Of a stretch of 64,000 nt of DNA, positions 30,072-40,481 are shown one piece after another. The stretch's first letter is position 1. Each line of letters opens with the position of its first letter. The stretch lies in NCBI GenBank assembly GCA_013377005.1, contig JACABE010000003.1, positions 5,036 through 69,035 on the forward strand, written 5' to 3'. Source of the stretch: Bacteroidota bacterium (GTDB lineage: Bacteria > Bacteroidota > Bacteroidia > Bacteroidales > JACABE01). Made by a program: the position numbers and the translations under genes. Under the pieces are notes generated by a model, which searched no databases, had not been told where the DNA came from, and saw nothing but the letters and a program-made list of their open reading frames with translations.

Positions 30072-32186
30072 ATGAAAAACAAATCATTTCTTTTTATGGC
30101 TGCAATGATCTTATTGTTTGCTGCATGCAAAAACAACAAAAAGCCCGCTACGGGCGATAATCCTTTTTTGTCGGATTACACAACTCCTTTTCAGGTTCCG
30201 CCTTTTGACAAAATTGACACTTCGCATTATATGCCTGCCTTTACTGAAGGTATGAAACAACACAATGCGGAAATCGATTCTATTGTGAACAATCCGGCTG
30301 AACCTACATTTGATAACACTATTTTAAAACTGGACAAATCAGGGAAACTGCTTACTAAAGTCAGCAATGTATTCTTTAACCTTACAGGAACCAATAAGAA
30401 TGCCAGAATGCAGGCTATTGAAATGGAAATTAGTCCGATATTATCAAAACATGGTGACGAAATCGGTATGAACGAAAAATTGTTCAAACGTATTAAATTC
30501 GTTTACGATAAACGCAATGCCATGAATCTGGATCCACAGCAAATTAGAGTTGTTGAAAAATACTACAAGGATTTTGAACGCAATGGAGCCGACCTGCCAA
30601 AAGATAAACAGGAAGAACTGAAGAAAATAAATTCAGAACTGACTGTTGAGCAATTAAACTTTTCGAATAACCTATTGGCTGAAAACAAAGATTTTAAACT
30701 GGTCATCGATAAAAAAGAAGACCTTGCAGGATTGCCACAAAGCAGTATTGATGCTGCTGCAACTGATGCCAAAGAAGCCAAGATGGACGGCAAATGGGTA
30801 TTTACCTTAGCCAAATCAAGCTGGATACCTTTTTTGCAATATTCTGACAAACGTGATTTACGCGAAAAAATTTACCGTGCCTGGTTTATGAAGTGTAATA
30901 ACGGCAATAAGTCAGATAACAACGAAATTATCAAGAAACTGGTTAAACTTCGTCTTCAGAAAGCACAATTATTAGGCTTTAAAAACTTTGCTGCTTATGT
31001 AATTGACAACAATATGGCTAAAACGCCAGAAGCTGTTGACGCATTCCTGAGCAATCTTTGGAAAGCCACTTTATTAAAAGCTAAAGATGAAGTAAAGGAA
31101 ATGCAGAAAATTATCGACAAAGAAGGTGGTAAATTTAAACTGCAATCATGGGATTGGTGGTATTATGCTGAAAAAGTACGCAAAGCAAAATATGATATGG
31201 AAGAAAGTGTGATGAAACCTTATTTCAGCCTTTCCAATGTTAGAGACGGTATGTTTCATGTTGCCAATAAACTTTATGGAATTACATTCGAAATAAAAAA
31301 AGATCTTCCAATTTATTTCCCTGGTGTAGAAACTTTTGAAGTGAAAGAAGCTGATGGCAAACATTTGGGAATTGTTTATTTTGATTATTATCCTCGCGAT
31401 TCTAAACGCGGTGGTGCTTGGTGTACCAGTTTCCAAGGTGCAGGTTGGGAAAATGGTAAAAAAGTGGATCCTATTGTTTCTATCTGCTGCAATTTTACTA
31501 AACCTAACGGTGATGTTCCTGCATTATTAAACTGGGATGAAACTACTACTCTTTTTCACGAATTTGGACATGGTCTGCATGCTTTATTCAGCGAAGGAAA
31601 ATACAACCGTACCTGTGGTAATGTTCCTCAGGATTATGTTGAAATGCCTTCACAGGTAATGGAAAACTGGGCAAGCGAACCTGAAGTGCTCCGTTTTTAT
31701 GCCAAACATTACAAAACAGGCGAAGTTATTCCTGAAGCTTTGATAGAAAAGATACAGAAAAGCGGTCAGTTTAACCAGGGTTTCGAAACCGGTGAATATA
31801 TTGCTGCTTCGATGCTGGATATGGCTTTCCATAGTATTACTGATTTAAAAGATTTCAACGTACAGGATTTTGAAAAACAATACATGACTAAAATCGGTAT
31901 TATTCCTGAATTTATTCCTCGTTACCGTTCCACTTATTTTTCACATATTTGGGATGGTGGCTATTGGGCAGGATATTATGTTTATTTGTGGGCTGCTGTT
32001 TTGGATGCAGATGCATTTTATGCATTTAAATCTTCCGGCGACATCTACAACAAGGATTTAGCTGCTAAATTCCGAAATTATTGCCTGCAGAATGTGGGTG
32101 AAGACGAAGGCATGGTTCAATATAAGAAATTCCGCGGACAAGAACCTTCTTTAGAACCTTTATTGAAAAAAAGAGGATTGAAATAA
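30072..32186 (+). CDS. dcp: M3-family peptidyl-dipeptidase (Dcp-like), lipoprotein
   Basis: Zinc motif HEFGHGLH with downstream E (EMPSQVMENW), lipobox LFAAC, 704 aa. Confidence 0.88.
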   Translation: MKNKSFLFMAAMILLFAACKNNKKPATGDNPFLSDYTTPFQVPPFDKIDTSHYMPAFTEGMKQHNAEIDSIVNNPAEPTFDNTILKLDKSGKLLTKVSNVFFNLTGTNKNARMQAIEMEISPILSKHGDEIGMNEKLFKRIKFVYDKRNAMNLDPQQIRVVEKYYKDFERNGADLPKDKQEELKKINSELTVEQLNFSNNLLAENKDFKLVIDKKEDLAGLPQSSIDAAATDAKEAKMDGKWVFTLAKSSWIPFLQYSDKRDLREKIYRAWFMKCNNGNKSDNNEIIKKLVKLRLQKAQLLGFKNFAAYVIDNNMAKTPEAVDAFLSNLWKATLLKAKDEVKEMQKIIDKEGGKFKLQSWDWWYYAEKVRKAKYDMEESVMKPYFSLSNVRDGMFHVANKLYGITFEIKKDLPIYFPGVETFEVKEADGKHLGIVYFDYYPRDSKRGGAWCTSFQGAGWENGKKVDPIVSICCNFTKPNGDVPALLNWDETTTLFHEFGHGLHALFSEGKYNRTCGNVPQDYVEMPSQVMENWASEPEVLRFYAKHYKTGEVIPEALIEKIQKSGQFNQGFETGEYIAASMLDMAFHSITDLKDFNVQDFEKQYMTKIGIIPEFIPRYRSTYFSHIWDGGYWAGYYVYLWAAVLDADAFYAFKSSGDIYNKDLAAKFRNYCLQNVGEDEGMVQYKKFRGQEPSLEPLLKKRGLK

Positions 32187-32207
32187 CAATTGTTTTTGAT
32201 ATAAATA

Positions 32208-32245
32208 AAAGAGACTGTTTAAATACTAAACAGTCTCTTTTTTTA
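32208..32245. terminator. bidirectional Rho-independent terminator between dcp and the convergent 32251 gene
   Basis: Perfect 14-bp stem AAAGAGACTGTTTA / TAAACAGTCTCTTT with loop AATAC. It is followed by a T-run on the plus strand and preceded by an A-run. Confidence 0.8.
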
Positions 32246-32250
32246 ATGTC

Positions 32251-32739
32251 TTATTTTATTGTAAACTTCTCAATTTTTTCTCGCCATACCTGCCTGTTGT
32301 TTACTACAAACTTTTCGCATTGCCCGTTGTGCAATTTAATTATCAGTCCATTGGGAATAAGCCCCATTGTATTGTAAAAATCAACATCTTTAATATCTTC
32401 CATAAGAAGTATGAGTTCGTGGTTTTGCCTGTTAAAACGGTGAGATTTGAACTGGAGCCGGTTCGACAGCAAATAGAGCTTACCGCCTACACCTTCTCTG
32501 TTTTTAAAATGATTGGCACTATCGGCATAAATAATAGCTTGCTCATCAAGGTTTGCAATTTCGGTTTGTTGCTTTATTATTTTAGAAGTGATAAAGAAAT
32601 AAATGCCTAATCCAAAAAACAGCCCTGATAAAGGTCCTATAAATATAGCATAATGAATACCATTGCTTATTGCAAAAAATATTCCCATAAATATTCCAAA
32701 TACAAGTCCTGAGAATATTGAGTTTTTAAGGTTTGACAT
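32251..32739 (-). CDS. hypothetical membrane protein (two N-terminal TM segments plus small soluble domain)
   Basis: 162-aa ORF with hydrophobic segments IFSGLVFGIFMGIFFAI and FIGPLSGLFFGLGIYFFI. The C-terminal half may be PH/GRAM-like, which is not verifiable here. Confidence 0.45.
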   Translation of the reverse strand: MSNLKNSIFSGLVFGIFMGIFFAISNGIHYAIFIGPLSGLFFGLGIYFFITSKIIKQQTEIANLDEQAIIYADSANHFKNREGVGGKLYLLSNRLQFKSHRFNRQNHELILLMEDIKDVDFYNTMGLIPNGLIIKLHNGQCEKFVVNNRQVWREKIEKFTIK

Positions 32740-32830
32740 GAGGATGATACTATTAAAATTAAATATATATTGAACAAAATTGATTGTTGAAAAAATAATT
32801 CTTAGAATACCAAACTGGGATTTGCAACAA

Positions 32831-34366
32831 CTATTTAATACTAAGTTTCAGCTTGCTAATTATTTCATAACCTGGAATTCCAAATGCGACCCCTTCAATA
32901 CCAAACCCTTTCAATTTTGAGCTGACAACACCTAAAACCAATCCATCCTTATTGGTAATAGCTCCACCACTATTTCCTGCATTTACACTTGCATCAGTTT
33001 GAATTAATTTTGAATTTTCATTAGTTTTTCGCACAGCTGAAATGATACCTTTTGATATTGTTTGAGATAAATCTTCTGCTGTTGGTGTTCCTATTGCATA
33101 TATTTCAGAAGCAATTTCTATATTATTTGATTCGCTGATTTTAAATGGAGTAAATCCATTTGCGTGAATTTTCAGTAAGGCTAAATCATGAATTTTACTA
33201 ACTCTAATAATTTCTACTTTATAATTAGAGTCTCCTATTATAACCTTTAAATCGTTGGTGTCAGATATTACATGATAATTAGAAATAATAAAACCATCAT
33301 TACTAATAATAAAGCCACTACCATGACCATTTTTATTTTTTATTGTTACAGAAGATTGAATTGCTTCAGATAAACTTGAAACATAATTGGTTGATTTTGG
33401 AATTTCGATTTCTTCAAACAACTGTTCTGTATTATTTTGACTTTTATCATGCATTAAATCTACAACATCTTTAGAGTTCATAAACTCAATCAATCCAAAT
33501 TCTAAAGCATCTTTAGCCGCTTTGTATGCATCTTTTTCAGGATTTAATACAGCAAACTGTCCAGATTTAGTCTTAGTTTTTAATAAGAAAACAGGTATTT
33601 TATAGTAATCCAAAACTTGCCATTTTACACCTAATTCAATATATATCATACCTCGGTAAGAGTTATTTATATTAAAAAAATTACCAATATAGTGAACCGT
33701 TATATCTGTAATTGCTGCATCAATCGATAAATTACTGGAATAACTATCTTTTAAAGCATTATTAGTAGTATCAATATATCCTTTCCCTTTTAAAATATCA
33801 TTTAGTAGCTCGGAATAAATTGAATTTTCAATTTGTATGTTTTCTTTTTTCTCATTTATAACTGCCTTTTTGTCCTTGTTGTTTTTAAAGGATTTGTAGT
33901 TGGAGAAATATCTGTATTTAATACTATCTGCTTTTAAGTCTATTTTAAAATTATTTATTTTAATAGCCTTTAGATTAATATCTTTTACTGGAAGCTTGAT
34001 CATATTTTCACCGATAATAATTTCTTTTTCATAATTACGTGATTTCACACCATCATCTAATAAAGGAATCAGTGGAGTTGCAGCTAAAAATGGAATCCAG
34101 GATATTATATATACAGTTGGTCTTTTAAATTGCATTATTGTAATATGCTCATCTTTAAATCCTTCACGTTTTGCAGTAATTTCTTTTGCTTTACCGTCTC
34201 TTTTCAAAATGTATTTGCCATTTTTAGTGTTGACCTTTTCACCATTTATTAAAATTTCATTTTTTGAATCTGTTTTAATGTTTACGTCTTGGTATCTGTT
34301 ATTAAGGATAGTTGCACAAGAAGACAGTAAAAAAGCTGTTATCAATACTAAATTTAGTCTTTTCAT
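32831..34366 (-). CDS. lipoprotein with C-terminal trypsin-like (S1) serine protease domain, paralogue 1
   Basis: Lipobox LLSSCATIL. Catalytic triad context SNYHVI (H), HDLALLKI (D), GNSGGAI (S). About 510 aa. Confidence 0.75.
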   Translation of the reverse strand: MKRLNLVLITAFLLSSCATILNNRYQDVNIKTDSKNEILINGEKVNTKNGKYILKRDGKAKEITAKREGFKDEHITIMQFKRPTVYIISWIPFLAATPLIPLLDDGVKSRNYEKEIIIGENMIKLPVKDINLKAIKINNFKIDLKADSIKYRYFSNYKSFKNNKDKKAVINEKKENIQIENSIYSELLNDILKGKGYIDTTNNALKDSYSSNLSIDAAITDITVHYIGNFFNINNSYRGMIYIELGVKWQVLDYYKIPVFLLKTKTKSGQFAVLNPEKDAYKAAKDALEFGLIEFMNSKDVVDLMHDKSQNNTEQLFEEIEIPKSTNYVSSLSEAIQSSVTIKNKNGHGSGFIISNDGFIISNYHVISDTNDLKVIIGDSNYKVEIIRVSKIHDLALLKIHANGFTPFKISESNNIEIASEIYAIGTPTAEDLSQTISKGIISAVRKTNENSKLIQTDASVNAGNSGGAITNKDGLVLGVVSSKLKGFGIEGVAFGIPGYEIISKLKLSIK

Positions 34367-34498
34367 TTCAAAATTATTAATTTGTTAAAAGTTATATCTT
34401 GAATTTTATATATTTTTCAATAGCTATTTATATACTAAACTTTATATGTCATTGAGATTAGATAGTTCAGAAAATAATAAAAAGTATTTAGTCTAAAA

Positions 34499-36052
34499 TT
34501 ATCTAATGTTAATTTTTAATTTGTCAAATATTTCAAAAGCAGGTATTCCAAAAGCGACACCTTCAATTCCAAATGCTTTCAACTTAGAACTTACAATACC
34601 TAATACCAGTCCATTTTTGTTTACGATGGCTCCACCACTATTTCCTGCATTAACACCTGCATCTGTTTGTATTAATTTTGAGGTTTCGGAAATTTTCCTA
34701 ACAGCAGAAATAATCCCCTTAGAAATGGTTTGGGATAAATCTTCAGCCAATGGTGTTCCAATTGCATAAATTTCAGAAGCGATATTAATATTAGGAGACT
34801 CACTGATTTCTAAAGAAACTAGCCCTTTGTCCTCTATTTTCAATAGGGCTAAATCATAAATTTTACTAAATCTAATAATTTTAACATCATATACTTTATC
34901 ATTATACATGATTACTTTCAAACCAGATGTGTCAGAAATAACATGATAATTAGTAAGAATAAATCCGTTATCACTAATAAGGAATCCACTTCCATGTCCA
35001 ACATTACTTTTAATAGTAACAGATGATTTTACTGCTTCAGATAAATTAACAGCATATTTATCTGATTTTGGTATAATAAATTCTTCGAAAGATTCTTCTA
35101 TTTTCTGTTGGCTTTTATCGTTCAATAATTGATTTACGTTTTTTGAATTCATAAAATCTATCAAACCATATTCCATTGCATCTTTTATCGCTTTATAAAC
35201 AATATCAGTTTCATGATCTCGTTGAAAGGCAAACTGACCAGATTTAACTTTAGTTGAAATTGAATATATTGGTTTTTTATAATAATCCAAAGCTTTCCAA
35301 TTAATTGTAAGATCCACGTAAATCATGCCTCCATTCGAATTGGAATTGTCGTAATAGACAGAATAATAATTATCGACATAATGAAGAGTATAATCAGTGA
35401 TAACTGCATCTATCAATAAATTATCCAAATAGCTATCCTTGAGTATTTTTTTTGTTGTATCAATGTAGCCTTTTTCTTTTAAAAGCGTATTTAAGAGATC
35501 AGAGAATATTGTATTTCCTATTTTAATTCTTTCGTTTTCTTCACTTTTTTCGACTTTATCTTTCTCATTTTTCTTAAATGATTTATAGGTAGGGAAATAC
35601 CTATATTTTATACTATCTTCTTTTAAATCAATACTAAAGTTATTTATTCTAACCTCTTTGGAATTCATTTCTTTAGGAGGGAGGTTTTTCATATTCTCTC
35701 CTATATTTATTTTCTCATCATAATCCCATGCATTCTTTCCATTATCATAAAGCATAGGATAAACCAAAATTCCAAAAGGGAAACATGAAAATATAAACAA
35801 AGGCGATTTCTTGTATTGCATAATCGTGACATTTTCGTCTTTATACCCATTGCGTTTAACTGAAATTTCTTTGGTATTTCTATCTCTTTTAATCAGATAT
35901 TTACCATTTACCATCTGAACTGATTCTCCGTTGATGTATACTTTATTTTGGTCATTAGTAAGGATAGTAACTTCCTGATATTTTCCGTTTAAAATTGAGG
36001 CACATCCTGATAACAAGAAAAGTATAGCTAAACAAAAAAATATTTTCTTCAA
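34499..36052 (-). CDS. lipoprotein with C-terminal trypsin-like (S1) serine protease domain, paralogue 2
   Basis: Lipobox LLSGCASIL. TNYHVI, YDLALLKI, GNSGGAI. Collinear with the adjacent paralogue over its full length. Confidence 0.75.
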   Translation of the reverse strand: MKKIFFCLAILFLLSGCASILNGKYQEVTILTNDQNKVYINGESVQMVNGKYLIKRDRNTKEISVKRNGYKDENVTIMQYKKSPLFIFSCFPFGILVYPMLYDNGKNAWDYDEKINIGENMKNLPPKEMNSKEVRINNFSIDLKEDSIKYRYFPTYKSFKKNEKDKVEKSEENERIKIGNTIFSDLLNTLLKEKGYIDTTKKILKDSYLDNLLIDAVITDYTLHYVDNYYSVYYDNSNSNGGMIYVDLTINWKALDYYKKPIYSISTKVKSGQFAFQRDHETDIVYKAIKDAMEYGLIDFMNSKNVNQLLNDKSQQKIEESFEEFIIPKSDKYAVNLSEAVKSSVTIKSNVGHGSGFLISDNGFILTNYHVISDTSGLKVIMYNDKVYDVKIIRFSKIYDLALLKIEDKGLVSLEISESPNINIASEIYAIGTPLAEDLSQTISKGIISAVRKISETSKLIQTDAGVNAGNSGGAIVNKNGLVLGIVSSKLKAFGIEGVAFGIPAFEIFDKLKINIR

Positions 36053-36192
36053 AACTTAGTATTTTATTGATTAATAAATTTATTTATCTTATTGAGGAAT
36101 ACAAATTAAATGCAAAAATAATCCCATATATTATGAGAAAAAGTCTTATTGATTAAAAAGCAAATATATACAATTTCTACAAACTGTTAAGA

Positions 36193-38196
36193 TTATTTCC
36201 CAAATATCTCTTTCCATATCAGATAATTCATATAGCGCCAGGCGAAGTCCTGTGCTTTGGTATCGTTGCCGCTAAAGATTGCATCCCAATCGTTAAGCAA
36301 ACGTTCGGCATTTACAAAGTGGTCAGTATGATGCAAAGCAGTAATCTTAGCTTTCATTTCATGGTTTATTTCGTGCAGCCACAATTGTTGAGGTGTAGAA
36401 AACCCCATTTTATCAGTACGATTTTTAATGGCATCGGGCAATATGCCCTGCATGGCATTACGCAAAAGGCTTTTGCTCCATCCATTCTTAATTTTGTAGG
36501 TAGAAGAAATACTGAAAATATATTCTATCAGCGCAATATCATCCGAAAATGGGGTTCGCGATTCCACTGCAAAAGTCATGGAACAACGATCTTCCCAGCG
36601 CAAGAGATTTTTTAAGTAATGATTTGCAAAATAATGATGCAACAGCGGATTGCAACCTATCAATTGGTATTCGCCTGCAAAACTTATGTTGGCAGTATTG
36701 CTGGCAACAAAGTCAGCATTCAGGTACTTTGCTTCAGGTTTTATAAGCTTAGCCAATTGCAATCGGGCTTTTTCGGGAAGGATTTTATCTAATCCATATT
36801 TTACTAAAGATCTGCCATAAATAGCCAATGAAGTAGGCGATTTATCAATATTTTTAAACTCAGCCAATAGTGTTTTCCATTTCAGCTTACAAATTAAGTC
36901 GGAATAATGAGCACTGTAAAAAGGCGGATAGCCTGCAAAAAGTTCATCGCCGCCTTGTCCATCAATAAGAATATGAATTCCATTTGTAGCAGCTGCTTGC
37001 ATTACTTTGTATTGTGCATACGTACTGCTGTGCAGGAGTGGAATATCCTGATGATAAATAATTTTTTCGAGTTCTTGCATCATATCTTCGGCAGTACAAT
37101 GGGCTTTTATCCAGTCGGTACCGGTTTGGTTTACCACCATTTCTGCCCAATGAGCCTCGTTATATTCATCGGTTTTATTAACAGCTGTAAATGTTTTAAG
37201 ATGATCGCCCAATTGTGTTAAATGATGTTCCTTGCTTATTTCGGAAGCCATGCAAACGATACTCGAACTGTCAATTCCTCCACTCAAACAAAAGCCAACA
37301 GGAATATCGGCTCTCAATCTAATATCAATTGCCTTATGAATTAATTTACGGGTTTGACGGGTATATTCAAGTTGTTTATGTGCATCAAAAGCTTCAATGT
37401 TGTGATTGAAACTTAATTCATAATATCTATCGATGGTAAAGCTTTTCAGTTTGAAATCGTATATAAAATAATGCGAAGGCATCAATTCGAACACATTTTT
37501 AAAGAAGCTTTCGATACCCATTTCTATCTGGCTTAGAAATAGAAAATCAAACACAGCACTTTCGTTGATGCCAATTTTATTATTGGGGATTTGCAGCAAT
37601 GCTTTGTGTTCCGATGCAAAAGCCAACACTTGCTCATCTTTATAATAATACAATGGCTTTACGCCGAAACGGTCGCGCGAGCCGAATAGCAATTCTCTTG
37701 CTTTGTCGTAAATTACAAAACTCCACATTCCGTTTAGTTTTTGCAAACAATCAATACCCCATTCCTGATAGGCTTTCAACAAAACTTCAGTATCACTTTG
37801 GCTTTTAAATTGGTAACCTAAGGCTGTTAATTCGTTGCGAAGTTCAATATAATTATAGATTTCACCATTTAGGGTAATCCAAACTTCATCCATACACATT
37901 GGTTGGTGAGCAGCTTCCGATAAATCAATGACTGAAAGACGACGATGCCCTATTGCAAGCGTGTAATCATCGGATAATTCTTTAATATCTTTTTTTGGAG
38001 AATAGGGAAATGAGGTATTCCAGGCGGTAAGTTGGGTATCTTTTCCTCCGGCACAGCATTGTTCTTGTTTATTGAAAAGCACATACCCCTCATCATCAGG
38101 ACCACGATGCCTGATAGCATCTGTCATTTTCTGAATGACTTGCGGTAGATGAATTTGTTGATCTGTTAGCCGAACAATTGCTGTTATTCCACACAT
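36193..38196 (-). CDS. asnB: asparagine synthase (glutamine-hydrolysing)
   Basis: N-terminal MCGI nucleophile, HRRLSVIDLS, and PP-loop CLSGGIDSSSIV. 667 aa. Confidence 0.88.
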   Translation of the reverse strand: MCGITAIVRLTDQQIHLPQVIQKMTDAIRHRGPDDEGYVLFNKQEQCCAGGKDTQLTAWNTSFPYSPKKDIKELSDDYTLAIGHRRLSVIDLSEAAHQPMCMDEVWITLNGEIYNYIELRNELTALGYQFKSQSDTEVLLKAYQEWGIDCLQKLNGMWSFVIYDKARELLFGSRDRFGVKPLYYYKDEQVLAFASEHKALLQIPNNKIGINESAVFDFLFLSQIEMGIESFFKNVFELMPSHYFIYDFKLKSFTIDRYYELSFNHNIEAFDAHKQLEYTRQTRKLIHKAIDIRLRADIPVGFCLSGGIDSSSIVCMASEISKEHHLTQLGDHLKTFTAVNKTDEYNEAHWAEMVVNQTGTDWIKAHCTAEDMMQELEKIIYHQDIPLLHSSTYAQYKVMQAAATNGIHILIDGQGGDELFAGYPPFYSAHYSDLICKLKWKTLLAEFKNIDKSPTSLAIYGRSLVKYGLDKILPEKARLQLAKLIKPEAKYLNADFVASNTANISFAGEYQLIGCNPLLHHYFANHYLKNLLRWEDRCSMTFAVESRTPFSDDIALIEYIFSISSTYKIKNGWSKSLLRNAMQGILPDAIKNRTDKMGFSTPQQLWLHEINHEMKAKITALHHTDHFVNAERLLNDWDAIFSGNDTKAQDFAWRYMNYLIWKEIFGK

Positions 38197-38198
38197 TT

Positions 38199-38738
38199 TT
38201 ACAACTGATTTCTATCAAAGAAAGGGCTTTTGCCCGAAGCACTCAATGGAATGCCAAAGATAATGCCGGCTTCTTCACCCAAAAGTTTTAGTTCCCTTAC
38301 GGCAATGCCAATAGAAAACATTACACGATTATCAGCACGATTGTCGGCTGCAATGCTTACTGCCGAACCAATAGCAATTCCCAAGTCGTTAGAGTTGAAA
38401 GCACAAGGGGCATTAGGAATCTGGTTTTTCTCGGCACAAGTGGGATAACCACACAATCCACAGTTTAAACCATTCGCTTTTATTTTAGTAGCAATTAAAA
38501 CAACTGCTTCAGCATTTAATATATTATCAGCATCGCGAATAAAGAATTTCAAATTATCTTTACCGTAAGCAAGTTCCTTCATTTTATCGGAAATGATACG
38601 TATTGTATCTCCGGTAGCAACAGCCAATATCAAATTATCAATACCACGAGCTTTTGGAGCAGTGCGAGCTGCCGTTAGCATTTTGGCAGCAACTTCTTTT
38701 AATGATGAAGGTCGTAGGTTTTCTTCTGTTGTTAACAT
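38199..38738 (-). CDS. DUF2148-like ferredoxin-domain protein
   Basis: TAARTAPKARGIDNL and NGLNCGLCGYPTCAEK blocks. The start is moved to MLTTEENL (ATG 38736-38738) because the track extension to 38870 runs through a REP-like repeat. Its stop lies 2 nt from the asnB start. Confidence 0.6.
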   Translation of the reverse strand: MLTTEENLRPSSLKEVAAKMLTAARTAPKARGIDNLILAVATGDTIRIISDKMKELAYGKDNLKFFIRDADNILNAEAVVLIATKIKANGLNCGLCGYPTCAEKNQIPNAPCAFNSNDLGIAIGSAVSIAADNRADNRVMFSIGIAVRELKLLGEEAGIIFGIPLSASGKSPFFDRNQL

Positions 38739-38795
38739 TGGTGATTGGTTAATGGTTATTAAGTTATTAGGTTGTTTTGTCAAACTGAACAATGT

Positions 38796-38864
38796 GAAGT
38801 ATCTCATCTCATTCAATAATGAATATTTTATGAGATTCCTCGCTATCACTCGGAATGACAAAAC
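38796..38864. repeat. REP-like palindromic intergenic element, copy 1 (GAAGYATCTCAT ... TTTTATGAGATTCCTCRCTATCRYTCGGAATGACAAAAC)
   Basis: 38827-38864 matches 61724-61761 at 36 of 39 positions. An upstream inverted partner gaagtatctcat sits at 38796-38807. Confidence 0.8.
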
Positions 38865-38888
38865 TACCAATTATTTTTAAAACTCATA

Positions 38889-38925
38889 AGTACTCTGAGT
38901 ACTCAAGACACTTATAAGTACTTAT
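38889..38925. repeat. 9-10-bp micro-repeat containing AGTACT cores
   Basis: taagtactc / tgagtactc / aagacactt / ataagtactt, immediately 3' of hutH. Confidence 0.6.
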
Positions 38926-40445
38926 AAATTATACTTCATTACATCTTCTTCCGGCAAATTTAATGAATATTCGCGTAAGAAAGTAACAGATTTAGCAATA
39001 TTTGTGTACATAATTTCGTCGTCATTAATAAAACTAACATATTTGCGATATGCCTTAAGGTAATTTTCTAAATATTCTGAGCTTTTAGCTGGACGACGGA
39101 ATTCCATTGCCTGTGCTGCATTTAGCAACTCAATAGCAATAATGCGTTCAAGGTTTTCGAGTACTTTAAAAGTTTTGGTAGCGGCATTGGCACCCATACT
39201 TACGTGGTCTTCCTGACCTTGTGATGATTCTATAGAATCGACAGAACAAGGCGTACACAATTGTTTGTTTTGGCTAACAATAGAAGCCGATGTGTATTGT
39301 GGTATCATAAAGCCACTGTTTAAACCGGGATGAGCAACCAAAAAATGTGGCAAGTTGCGTTTTCCTGAAATCAATTGATACGTTCTGCGTTCGGATATAT
39401 TTCCTAATTCAGCCATTGCAATTGCTAAATTATCCAAAGCCAATGCTAAAGGTTGTCCGTGGAAATTTCCGGCTGATATAATTAAATCTTCATCAGGGAA
39501 AATGGTAGGATTATCAGTAACTGAATTGATTTCGTTTTTAAAAACATAAGAAACATAATTGATAGAATCTTTAGAAGCACCATGAACCTGTGGAATACAA
39601 CGGAAAGAATAAGGATCCTGAACATGTTCTTTTTTGCGTTCAATCAATTCACTTCCTTTTAAAAGATTTTTAATACGACGAGCTGTTTTAATTTGTCCTT
39701 TGTGCGGACGGATTAATTGGATCAATTCGTGGAAAGGCTCTATACGACCGTCGAAAGCATCCAGCGACAAGGCAGCCGTTACATCAGCCAATCGGGAAAG
39801 TTTAAATATCCGTAGGCAGCAATATACACCATAAGCACTCATAAACTGGGTGCCATTGAGCAATGCCAAACCTTCTTTAGATTGTAATTCGATGCTATGC
39901 CAGTTCATTTCGCGCAATACATCAGCAGAAGCCTGTTTTTTGCCTTGAAAATACACTTCTCCTAAACCTAATAATGGCAGAGCAACGTGTGCCAAAGGCG
40001 ATAAATCTCCAGAAGCACCCAAAGAGCCTTGTTGATATATTACCGGAATAATGTCGTGGTTGTAAAAATCTATCAATCGCTGAACAGTAATTAATTGTAC
40101 ACCCGAATGACCATAAGAAAGTGATTGTACTTTGAGCAACAACATGATTTTTACAATTTCCTGAGGAACTTCATCTCCTGTACCGCAAGCATGGGACATT
40201 ACCAGGTTTTTTTGTAATGCAGAAAGCTGATCATTTGAAATAACATGATTACACAACGAACCAAATCCGGTATTGATACCATAAATAGGTTCGGTTTGCG
40301 ATTTCATTTTGTTATCAAGGTATTCGCGACATTTAACAATGCGATCTTGCGCTTCTTTAGATAATTCAATGTTAGCTTTGCTGTTTAATATTTCATCAAT
40401 GGTTTCGAAATCAAGTGTTTCTTTGCTGATATAATGGGTTTTCAT
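38922..40445 (-). CDS. hutH: histidine ammonia-lyase
   Basis: MIO-forming GSLGASGDLSPLAH motif and full-length aromatic amino acid lyase layout. 507 aa. Confidence 0.92.
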   Translation of the reverse strand: MKTHYISKETLDFETIDEILNSKANIELSKEAQDRIVKCREYLDNKMKSQTEPIYGINTGFGSLCNHVISNDQLSALQKNLVMSHACGTGDEVPQEIVKIMLLLKVQSLSYGHSGVQLITVQRLIDFYNHDIIPVIYQQGSLGASGDLSPLAHVALPLLGLGEVYFQGKKQASADVLREMNWHSIELQSKEGLALLNGTQFMSAYGVYCCLRIFKLSRLADVTAALSLDAFDGRIEPFHELIQLIRPHKGQIKTARRIKNLLKGSELIERKKEHVQDPYSFRCIPQVHGASKDSINYVSYVFKNEINSVTDNPTIFPDEDLIISAGNFHGQPLALALDNLAIAMAELGNISERRTYQLISGKRNLPHFLVAHPGLNSGFMIPQYTSASIVSQNKQLCTPCSVDSIESSQGQEDHVSMGANAATKTFKVLENLERIIAIELLNAAQAMEFRRPAKSSEYLENYLKAYRKYVSFINDDEIMYTNIAKSVTFLREYSLNLPEEDVMKYNL

Positions 40446-40473
40446 TTGTGATAAGAGTATTTGTTTTTTTCTG

Positions 40474-40481
40474 CAAAAGTA
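40474..40481 (-). promoter_or_regulatory. TACTTTTG promoter motif for hutH
   Basis: Forward caaaagta is TACTTTTG on the minus strand, 29 nt upstream of ATG 40445. Confidence 0.45.

Noticed and set aside
38739-38870. N-terminal 44-aa extension of the DUF2148-like ORF (MVVLSFRVIARNL..)
   Set aside because: The extension is encoded by the REP-like element that recurs at 61724-61761. The ATG at 38738 gives a sensible N-terminus.
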